A program made the position numbers and the translations under genes. 12,639 bases of DNA from an uncultured archaeon (GTDB lineage Archaea > Asgardarchaeota > Lokiarchaeia > Sigyniarchaeales > SOKP01): contig CAZOYD010000084.1 in NCBI GenBank assembly GCA_964583985.1, positions 1-12,639 on the forward strand, written 5' to 3'. Below are positions 1 through 7,044 of the stretch, one piece after another (positions within the stretch are counted from its first letter, which is position 1; each line of letters opens with the position of its first letter). The notes below the pieces were generated by a model that saw only the letters and a program-made list of their open reading frames with translations, was not told where the DNA came from and did no database searches.

Positions 1-149
1 GCCCTGATAGTCATGTTTTCTTGAATTCGCATCAGAGATTTTGAATTAGCATATTTTTCAATGTTCTCTTTATCATAATAACCAATTACATCGGAATATT
101 TGTCTTCGGGTCTTTTCCGTTTTATTTCAAATTTGTACTCATCATTCAC
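1..149 (-). CDS. Bud23/WBSCR22-like SAM-dependent SSU rRNA methyltransferase, N-terminal part (runs off the left edge of the window)
   Basis: Not in the ORF track. Manual translation from GTG at 149-147 (an in-frame TAA lies just upstream) gives MNDEYKFEIKRKRPEDKYSDVIGYYDKENIEKYANSKSLMRIQENMTIRA. The pattern RPE...YY......KY..S.....IQ..MT.RA matches the Bud23 N-terminus as I recall it (RPE...FY...EA.KY..S.R...IQ..MT.RALELL). The SAM-binding motif would lie outside the window. Confidence 0.75.
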   Translation of the reverse strand, partial: MNDEYKFEIKRKRPEDKYSDVIGYYDKENIEKYANSKSLMRIQENMTIR

Positions 150-325
150 AGAGATTTTGCCTTGATCATTTTATTTTCTGATTTAATATCAAAAATTCAA
201 GCATAAATCAAAAATTTTATTAAAATTTAAATATTTAACAACTCAGTTGTCAGAATTTTTCAAACTTAAAAATTCATAAATTAATAAAAAAATCTTGTAT
301 CCATGCATTGAATTAAGTGAATATC

Positions 326-625
326 ATGTCTGAAAAAGAAGAAAGGGTTCTTGTAAGAAAAGCTACATTGAATTTAAGAAGGAAATATGGCAGAACAAAA
401 CAGATTAACGTATTAGAAAGAGATGCTTTTATTCCAAGTTCTTTAGAAGAAGAAATAAAGGAATCTATTTTGAAGAGGAAATCTATACTGGCTTCCGATA
501 TTGCATTGAAGTATGATATTAGAATTTCTACAGTAAAACTCTTGCTTAAACAAATGGAACAACAAGGAGTAATCAAACTTCTTGATCCGTCGCTTAAACT
601 AAAAATTTATGTCCCTTCTTCCTAA
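326..625 (+). CDS. rps25e: 30S ribosomal protein eS25 (S25e)
   Basis: Basic 99-aa protein with a Lys/Arg-rich N-terminus and a winged-helix-like C-terminal pattern (ILASDIALKYDIRISTVKLLLKQMEQQGVIKLL...KIYV) typical of eS25. ATG at 326 is preferred over GTG at 317. Confidence 0.85.
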   Translation: MSEKEERVLVRKATLNLRRKYGRTKQINVLERDAFIPSSLEEEIKESILKRKSILASDIALKYDIRISTVKLLLKQMEQQGVIKLLDPSLKLKIYVPSS

Positions 626-660
626 TTTACATTTTATATGACAGAAGTAATGGTCAATTT

Positions 661-677
661 AGAAAAAAATTTATATT
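661..677 (+). promoter_or_regulatory. Putative archaeal BRE/TATA promoter for the tRNA
   Basis: Purine-rich AGAAAAAAA followed by TTTATATT (670-677), about 40 nt upstream of the mature tRNA 5' end. The AT-rich background lowers certainty. Confidence 0.45.
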
Positions 678-714
678 CAACTATACTATACCTAAATGAA
701 GAATTCATATAAAT

Positions 715-818
715 GCAGATGTAGCCTAGTTGGTAAGACGCTAGCTTCGAGCGCATGAGATATGACTGAGAAAGCTGGTGCGTGAAAACGTTCGGGGGTT
801 CGAGTCCCTCCATCTGCG
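715..818 (+). tRNA. tRNA-Ser(CGA) with a 21-nt intron at the canonical 37/38 position
   Basis: Acceptor stem GCAGATG/CATCTGC (715-721/811-817). D arm GCCT-AGTTGGTA-AGAC. Anticodon stem CTAGC/GCTGG with anticodon CGA at 748-750. Long variable arm GCGT-GAAA-ACGT. T arm GGGGG-TTCGAGT-CCCTC. Discriminator G818, as expected for Ser. CCA is not encoded. Confidence 0.95.
752..772 (+). other. Archaeal tRNA intron with bulge-helix-bulge splice motif
   Basis: Central 4-bp helix TTCG(746-749)/TGAG(767-770) with 3-nt bulges AGC(750-752) and AAA(771-773). Outer helix G-CATG/TATG-A-C. Removing 752-772 restores a 7-nt anticodon loop TTCGAGA. Confidence 0.9.
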
Positions 819-850
819 TTCATTCTTCTAATATTGTGTGTGATAATCTA

Positions 851-1927
851 ATGAATAAAGAAATTATCGTGTTGGGAGAATTACATCAGGATCTCTATTA
901 TGAAAGTGAATTATATGATAAATTAGTTGAAAAAATCACAACAAAGTTACTGAATTTTATACATCATAATCCTGATGATTTTAATTCAAAAATAGCACAT
1001 AAAATTATCACACAAGCATTTGGAGAAATTCCCAAGAAGATTGAAGATAAATGTTACATCAAAAGAGGAGGGAATGGTAATAATTCTGCAGAATATCTAT
1101 CCCGATTAGAAATTCCGACGAAACTAATAGCGATTATAGGTCGTGATAGTGAATGGATGATTTCAGAATTATTGGAAAATGGAATTAATACAGATTATAT
1201 TTTTCAGAAAGATGTTCCAACTCCTATTAGTACAATCATAAAATCAAAAATTACAACAAAAATTCATATAGCTTCAAATTTTAAAGAAAAGATGAATTTT
1301 GAAGGCATGGATATTCCTAAAGAAGCATTCGAAAATGCTAAGATAATATTTACAACACCAATATCATCTGTATCTAAACTAGTATTTGAGATGGGCGAAT
1401 CATTTGGGTTAATTACAGCTTTTAATATAGAAGAACAGAAAATTCATTCCCTTGAACAATTATCAAATATCATTGAAGAAACAAAAGATATTTTTTTTCT
1501 TAATCTTAATGATGCTAAATTAATATTAAAAGTGAATCTTGATTTAGACAAAATTGATGAAATTTTTCGCCAATTTGCGAAAGTTAGGGTATATACTGCC
1601 GGTGAAAAGGGATCTTATCTCTTTACTGATCATTTTCATATTTCTCAACCAAGTATTAATATAAAAAAAGTCGTTGATTTGACAGGAGCAGGTGATACTT
1701 ATGCAGCGGGTTTTTTGTCTAAAATCTATGAACTTATTAACGATAAAGATCACTTTCAAAAATCAGCAACAACGGAACGAAAGGAAGAGTTTAAATCTAT
1801 TTTAAAAGAATCGATGAAATTTGGCACTATCGCTTCTTCATACAAAATAACTAACCAAGTGGCCCCATCAAAAGGAGAACTTGAGGAATATGTTAAACAA
1901 CTCGAAAAATCAGAAATTAATGAGTGA
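851..1927 (+). CDS. PfkB/ribokinase-family carbohydrate or nucleoside kinase
   Basis: Signature 1 (RGGNGNNSAEYLSRL) and signature 2 (VDLTGAGDTYAAGF) are present, as is the N-terminal strand IIVLGELHQD. The start is moved to ATG 851 because the track start (782) lies inside the tRNA. Confidence 0.9.
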   Translation: MNKEIIVLGELHQDLYYESELYDKLVEKITTKLLNFIHHNPDDFNSKIAHKIITQAFGEIPKKIEDKCYIKRGGNGNNSAEYLSRLEIPTKLIAIIGRDSEWMISELLENGINTDYIFQKDVPTPISTIIKSKITTKIHIASNFKEKMNFEGMDIPKEAFENAKIIFTTPISSVSKLVFEMGESFGLITAFNIEEQKIHSLEQLSNIIEETKDIFFLNLNDAKLILKVNLDLDKIDEIFRQFAKVRVYTAGEKGSYLFTDHFHISQPSINIKKVVDLTGAGDTYAAGFLSKIYELINDKDHFQKSATTERKEEFKSILKESMKFGTIASSYKITNQVAPSKGELEEYVKQLEKSEINE

Positions 1928-1929
1928 TT

Positions 1930-2862
1930 TTACTGGATAATTTGGAATATGATATTTTCCATTTGAGGTTTTGCAGATTCTAATTTATTTAGAATTTCTA
2001 CTGTTCTTTCCAGATTTTCTATATCTTCTTCTACGATAAAAAGCAAATAAAACTCTAAATTGCCAAATTTAAGAACTTCAATTAGCCCAGTATATCTTTT
2101 CCCATTTTCATACATATCTGAAAATTCATAAAACTTGCGATTTTCAGACAGGATCTTTTTCTGAGCTTCGAGATATTTTTCATATATTCGTAATTTTTCA
2201 CGTAATTGTAAATGGGGACGATAATATTCCCCAATTGTAAAACCTCTTGAATCAAATAATGCGATCAAAACTGAATTATAATTTTTACTTATTTCAGCAA
2301 ATAATTGGGACACCATCTCCATTTTTTCAAACAGCAATGACAAACCACTTGAAAATGCGTCCATTATTGATTTTATATCATATATTGAAGTTTCAAAGAA
2401 AAATATATCAAATTCAGTGCTATATCTCATCAACGCTTGTTTTATTGTTAAAATATGCTGATTTAATTCTAAATCTTTATTAATTTCGGGATCAAATTTA
2501 TGGAAAAGAATGCACACTGGTGGATATTCTTGCTCTTCTTTGAGATGAAGTAATATCTCATCCAAATAATCTATGGTTTGTACATAACGATCATAATCTT
2601 GAGCATCAATTACATAATAAATGAGATCCATACCGGAAAGGTATCTCGACGGATTTTTTAAATATTCCTCTCGATATTGAGTTTGACCACCAAAATCCAT
2701 CCGTATAAATTCAATTCCAAGAAATTTAAAAGCATCACGAGCAATTCTTCTAGTAGGCATCAATTTCATTACATCTTGTTCAAAACCAAACCGTTTCGTT
2801 ATAGCTGTAATTATACTGGTTTTACCTGCATTATCTAGTCCCAGAAACCCTAATTTTTTCAT
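1930..2862 (-). CDS. Rag/Gtr-like (Arf-related) small GTPase with C-terminal roadblock/longin-like domain
   Basis: G1 GLDNAGKT, G2 MPT, G3 DFGGQ, G4 HKFD, G5 ETSIYD. HKxD and TSIY are Rag-type. A C-terminal extension of about 130 aa begins helix-LIALFDSRGFTIG, which is roadblock-like. Confidence 0.85.
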   Translation of the reverse strand: MKKLGFLGLDNAGKTSIITAITKRFGFEQDVMKLMPTRRIARDAFKFLGIEFIRMDFGGQTQYREEYLKNPSRYLSGMDLIYYVIDAQDYDRYVQTIDYLDEILLHLKEEQEYPPVCILFHKFDPEINKDLELNQHILTIKQALMRYSTEFDIFFFETSIYDIKSIMDAFSSGLSLLFEKMEMVSQLFAEISKNYNSVLIALFDSRGFTIGEYYRPHLQLREKLRIYEKYLEAQKKILSENRKFYEFSDMYENGKRYTGLIEVLKFGNLEFYLLFIVEEDIENLERTVEILNKLESAKPQMENIIFQIIQ

Positions 2863-2916
2863 TTTCTTAAATAATGGTTGATGATGATAATTATAAGTTA
2901 TTCATGAATCTTAGGA

Positions 2917-2924
2917 TTTATAAA
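2917..2924 (-). promoter_or_regulatory. Putative TATA box for the GTPase gene
   Basis: TTTATAAA about 55 nt upstream of the ATG, preceded on the minus strand by the purine-rich CGACAAAA. Confidence 0.35.
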
Positions 2925-3016
2925 TTTTGTCGTAAAATCTTTTAATTAGACTAAATTTAAATAATGATTAAAAGAACATATTCAAAACTTAATTATTATG
3001 AAGATGCATGATAACT

Positions 3017-3298
3017 TTATCCTCCTGAAATCGGAAAGGATAAATAAAGTTTATCTCCTTCTTTCAATTTAGTCCTATAATTCTTTAGATAAGTAATATT
3101 TCTTCCATTTAGTAATACAATCATGATAGGATTCAATCGCTTTTTATTTTTGCTCAGAATACTTTCATCAAGACTATCTCGATAATCATTCAAAAATTGA
3201 GTTATAATATCGCCAACTGTTATTCCATCATATTCGATCTTGCTTTTTTTAGTCCTAAGAGCAAAGATATTCAGTAGGTTTAATTCAATTTTTACCAT
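3017..3298 (-). CDS. MoaD/ThiS/SAMP/Urm1-like ubiquitin-fold sulfur carrier
   Basis: 93 aa. Beta-grasp pattern (TVGDII...IVLLNGRNI...TKLKEGDKL) and a C-terminal PISGG diglycine. Confidence 0.92.
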   Translation of the reverse strand: MVKIELNLLNIFALRTKKSKIEYDGITVGDIITQFLNDYRDSLDESILSKNKKRLNPIMIVLLNGRNITYLKNYRTKLKEGDKLYLSFPISGG

Positions 3299-3378
3299 TT
3301 TCTTTTTATAAGGGTTAATATTAATTGAAATGATAAATCTCTTTAAAACTTCATGGTATTTAAAATAAAGGATGAAGA

Positions 3379-4626
3379 TTAAATAACAGATTCTTTGGAT
3401 TGAGGCAAAGAAATTCTTATTAAGGCAAGGTTATTTAAAGATTCCTCAATTAAAGGATTAATATCTAAATCATCGAAAATTTTTAGAATATTTACTGGAT
3501 CATAGGTTTGATTTTGAGGTTTTAATTTACAATAATCAAAAACTTTCAAATTATTCGATATTTTTTCTCTTAAATTGTTTATTTCTGCAACATTAAACCC
3601 AATTAAAGGAGTGAAGATCGGATAATCTGAAAATAGATTATTTAATGCTAATGATTCCAAATCTACATTGTCATCACAATGGGAGGTGTTTGTCAAAGCC
3701 AGCCCATCAGTGAATGCTCTGATTTTATCATAACGCTTACCTTCAAGCTTAGACTTCAAAATTCCAATCAGTCTAAATCGGATTAGGCGGCAAATTCCAC
3801 AAGTTAGTTCAGCATTATTAATTTTAGGAATCACTTTTTCTAATATTTGCAACAAATTAATCTTGATTAGCATGAAATTAGAATAAGGGGTATAATCTAA
3901 TAATTCCCTCCAATTTGATTCCCAGATGGTAATATTTTCTTGATTGTTCATCATATTAAATAGTATTGGAAAAATATTGCACCCTCGCTTCATCAACATG
4001 AAACCAGCAATCAAATCATCTATTCTCCCAACATCCATGACGAATATTTTTTTTGGTGATTCAATTGGGAGTCCTACCCACGGTGTTTTTATGATTTGAG
4101 AAAATACATAAGAGAAATCATCGCGAATTTCAATAAAGATTTTCTTGTCAGGATTTGATAAATTAACTTTTAATTCAAAATCAGATAATTCTTCAATTAT
4201 ATTTTTTCCTACGATTTGAGCGACATCTAGAGAGGTATAATCATGGGTACCAGATCTCCGTACTCTTAAAGCAAATGTGTCTCCTTTCGTGAAAATTTCT
4301 TTAGCAATTTCAATAACTCTTTCGCTAATGTTATTAATTTTATTTGAAGTTCTTAAAGCGGGGCTTACTGAAAAAATTCCAAATACCTTTTTCAGTACAT
4401 CAATTGCATTACTTAAATCATCATTTTTGAAGAAAAAAAATATTCGAGATGAGTCCTTACTTAGTTGATACTTAATGAATGGAATTCCGTTTCGATTAAG
4501 GGCGTTCTTGATATTATCCATTAAGATTTTTAGCATCCGTATCTTGACTTTTTGAGATTTTAACCAAATTTCAGAGTAACGGATGATTACCAAATTATAC
4601 TGTTTTAATAAAATAAGTTTTTCCAT
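3379..4626 (-). CDS. thiI: ThiI-like THUMP-domain protein (tRNA 4-thiouridine synthase family) with degenerate PP-loop
   Basis: N-terminal IIRYSEIWLKS, VFGIFSVSP, THUMP motifs TFALRVRRSGTH and KVNLSNPD, linker GLP, and LMKRGC all fit ThiI. The canonical SGGxDS is replaced by VGRIDD. CGIC and a distal Cys (FDYC) are retained. Confidence 0.8.
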   Translation of the reverse strand: MEKLILLKQYNLVIIRYSEIWLKSQKVKIRMLKILMDNIKNALNRNGIPFIKYQLSKDSSRIFFFFKNDDLSNAIDVLKKVFGIFSVSPALRTSNKINNISERVIEIAKEIFTKGDTFALRVRRSGTHDYTSLDVAQIVGKNIIEELSDFELKVNLSNPDKKIFIEIRDDFSYVFSQIIKTPWVGLPIESPKKIFVMDVGRIDDLIAGFMLMKRGCNIFPILFNMMNNQENITIWESNWRELLDYTPYSNFMLIKINLLQILEKVIPKINNAELTCGICRLIRFRLIGILKSKLEGKRYDKIRAFTDGLALTNTSHCDDNVDLESLALNNLFSDYPIFTPLIGFNVAEINNLREKISNNLKVFDYCKLKPQNQTYDPVNILKIFDDLDINPLIEESLNNLALIRISLPQSKESVI

Positions 4627-4701
4627 GCTAAATGATTCCAGACATCCATCAATATGATAATTATTATAATTTATTAAATGAAAAAAGTCTTAACTTTTGG
4701 G

Positions 4702-6297
4702 CTATACAAAAATACTTATATAATAATTACCAATAATTCGATATTTTCCCGTTTTTAGATTATGTTCCTTTAAAACTACAAGTCCTTTCTCAAAGATTTC
4801 TATCTCAACAAACACTTCATCAAATCTTTTTCCCTCAAGATTTCCACCATTTGAAAATACCGTATTTTCAATCTTTACATTGAATGAAATACTCGGAGAA
4901 CTATTTAATACTAAATCAATTTGCGATCGTGCAAATTGAGATAACGCATCTCCTGAATCCAATAATTCAGTTCTCCATACACTTGATGGAGTAGGAATTA
5001 ATCCGTGAAAACACGCTACACCTAAGATTTTCTTATGATTTAGTGAAACTACTTGTTCAATAAAATTATTTAGCTTTTTTCTACCTATAAAACCTTCTTT
5101 TGAGTCTGGAGTTGTTGAATTGATTCCCTGAAAATAGAGATTTTCACTCTCATAAAGAGGATTCAATTCCCCTATATAGTGCTCCCAATAATCCCACGCA
5201 GGAGGGATAGAATCTAAAGGGCCTGGAACTACCATGAACGGGTGTCTAAATAAACTCAAGATTTCTTTTGAAATAATAAATTCTTCTTTATAACTGTGTT
5301 GCGTTAGGTTTCCCGCGTGAACTACCAATTCTACGTCTTTATATTTATTTATTTCTTTAATGACTTTTTCTAAAATCCTCAGTTCATTTTCTGATTGTTC
5401 ATTGATTAATGAATTTGAAATCTGAAAAATTCTACAAATTGGGACTCGATTCTTAATAAGTTCTAAAGGCACATAATATTTGACCTCTCTATGAATTTTT
5501 TTCGGAGAATTTGATTCTAAGACAGGTATAATTTGAAAACTAACGCTTTCTCCATCAATTTCTATTATAGAATATGTAAAAAGCTCCCGATATCTGGTTT
5601 TATTGCAACAAAATGTACCAGCATTGAAAATAAACATGTCTTTCTCACTACTACTCACAGTATACAAATTAGAGATGTGTCTGTGTCCATTTAAAACAAG
5701 ATCAGCTCTTGCATCTAAAAGCATTTGAAGCATATCTCCTGAATCATCAATTGCTGAACGTTCTTTACCCGTATTAGGAATAGGAATGAGTTGATGATGA
5801 AAACATACTACTTTGAATTTTTCTTCCCGTGAGGGGGTTTCTAATTCCTTGCGAACCGTATCAATAATACTATGATGAATTATACCTCCTGGAAGATCTG
5901 GTTTAGTACTATCAATTCCAATTACATATATATCATCATCTTCGTATTCATAATGACGTCGCCCAATCATTTCCTCAAATAATAAATAACCAACATTCAT
6001 CGCATCATGATTTCCGATAAGCATCATTATTGGTGCTTTAGAACGTGGATTAAATTTTGCTAATTGTTCTAAACTAAATTCATATTCTAATAAAGTTCCA
6101 GAATGCGTGATGTCTCCTAAGTGAAGAAATAGAGATACATCCTTAATTTTGTTTATTTTATCGATCCCTACATTAAAAGCATGCAAATTATAAGCCCCCC
6201 CAGAACGACTAAAATGAGTATCTGAGATTATGACAAATTTTTTCTTGGGAAGGATCCTTTCTGATGTATTAAAACGTAAACTTTTTTCCGTTGTCAT
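4702..6297 (-). CDS. Tandem calcineurin-like metallophosphoesterase (CpdA/Icc-like); N-terminal domain intact, C-terminal domain degenerate
   Basis: Domain 1 has ISDTH, LGDIT, GNHD, FHHQ and NGHRH. Domain 2 is an internal duplication (DSTKPD/NSTTPD, LIPIP/LIPTP, DSGD/DSGD, ADLVLN/IDLVLN) with the metal ligands replaced. Confidence 0.9.
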   Translation of the reverse strand: MTTEKSLRFNTSERILPKKKFVIISDTHFSRSGGAYNLHAFNVGIDKINKIKDVSLFLHLGDITHSGTLLEYEFSLEQLAKFNPRSKAPIMMLIGNHDAMNVGYLLFEEMIGRRHYEYEDDDIYVIGIDSTKPDLPGGIIHHSIIDTVRKELETPSREEKFKVVCFHHQLIPIPNTGKERSAIDDSGDMLQMLLDARADLVLNGHRHISNLYTVSSSEKDMFIFNAGTFCCNKTRYRELFTYSIIEIDGESVSFQIIPVLESNSPKKIHREVKYYVPLELIKNRVPICRIFQISNSLINEQSENELRILEKVIKEINKYKDVELVVHAGNLTQHSYKEEFIISKEILSLFRHPFMVVPGPLDSIPPAWDYWEHYIGELNPLYESENLYFQGINSTTPDSKEGFIGRKKLNNFIEQVVSLNHKKILGVACFHGLIPTPSSVWRTELLDSGDALSQFARSQIDLVLNSSPSISFNVKIENTVFSNGGNLEGKRFDEVFVEIEIFEKGLVVLKEHNLKTGKYRIIGNYYISIFV

Positions 6298-6306
6298 AGT
6301 ATTTAA

Positions 6307-7041
6307 TTACTCTATTATTTTTGCTGGATGCCCCCCGTATAAACAATCTTCCTCTAAAATGAAATCATAGTTGCTATAAGAGTGTGCTGCTAATTTTGCT
6401 TTTTTTTTTACAATTGTACCTGGGAGAAGAACGCATTTAGCGCCAATAAGAGCCTCATCTTCTATGAGAATTCTCTTCAAAATAAATTTATCTTGCTCGA
6501 TTCCAAACGTTAAGATTGTAGAATTCATGCCCAAAATGACATTCTTACCGATTCTAACAAACTCTGACGAAATCCAAGTATTATCACATAAAGTGTGCTT
6601 ACCTATTCTTACGCCGAAGAATCTCAGTGTGAATCGATTTTTGAGCCAGGGAAATGGATTAGATGCAGTAACAAATAATGCCCATTTTTTAACAATATTT
6701 CTCATGTTCCAGAAATAGTATTCTTTATCTTTTACATTTCGTTCAAAGATCCCTTCCTTCGGAGCATGAATTAAATTTATCATTTTTAAAATTAGAAATG
6801 ATATCACGATGGCACTAAATTGGAGAAGATAAATCATGCATATTAAATTGAGAGGAAATAGAAGTATAAATATTACATAAAATTGAATTCGCCACAAATA
6901 AAGAACGATAAAGTATTCCATAATTGATACTGGAATAAAGCTGAGCAATATTATGAGTATATATAACGGAATGAATTTTTTTCTGACGTTCTCATCTATT
7001 GGTGTTGGAGAATCACCTTTCAAGCTAGCAGGTTGAAACAT
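6307..7041 (-). CDS. Membrane-anchored left-handed beta-helix (hexapeptide repeat) acyltransferase-like protein
   Basis: Two long hydrophobic N-terminal segments, then PKEGIF, FFGVRIGK, hexapeptide repeats (VRIGKN, ILIEDEALIGAKCVLLPG) and a terminal GGHPA. Confidence 0.8.
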   Translation of the reverse strand: MFQPASLKGDSPTPIDENVRKKFIPLYILIILLSFIPVSIMEYFIVLYLWRIQFYVIFILLFPLNLICMIYLLQFSAIVISFLILKMINLIHAPKEGIFERNVKDKEYYFWNMRNIVKKWALFVTASNPFPWLKNRFTLRFFGVRIGKHTLCDNTWISSEFVRIGKNVILGMNSTILTFGIEQDKFILKRILIEDEALIGAKCVLLPGTIVKKKAKLAAHSYSNYDFILEEDCLYGGHPAKIIE

Positions 7042-7044
7042 AGG

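Noticed and set aside
33-159. Direct repeat CAGAGATTTTG at 33-43 and 149-159
   Set aside because: Only two 11-nt copies, one inside coding sequence. Compatible with chance and not CRISPR-like.
313-576. 87-aa minus-strand ORF
   Set aside because: Antisense shadow of eS25 with no motifs.
715-818. tRNA-Sec or a UGA suppressor explaining the TGA in the MFS gene
   Set aside because: The anticodon is CGA, the fold is 7/5, and the discriminator and variable arm fit Ser. CGA differs from UCA at two positions. The A24 resemblance to the Hirsh suppressor applies only to tRNA-Trp.
782-850. N-terminal extension of the PfkB ORF from GTG 782
   Set aside because: It overlaps the tRNA variable arm, T arm and acceptor stem. 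ATG 851 gives a normal PfkB start.
794-850. tRNA used as an integration site for an island
   Set aside because: No integrase and no duplicated tRNA 3' end were seen in the window, and the flanking genes are housekeeping-like.
1544-2483. Short ORFs 1544..1759 (-) and 2247..2483 (+)
   Set aside because: Antisense to the well-supported PfkB and GTPase genes.
4277-6718. Short ORFs 4277..4468 (+) and 6464..6718 (+)
   Set aside because: Antisense shadows of the ThiI-like and LbH genes.
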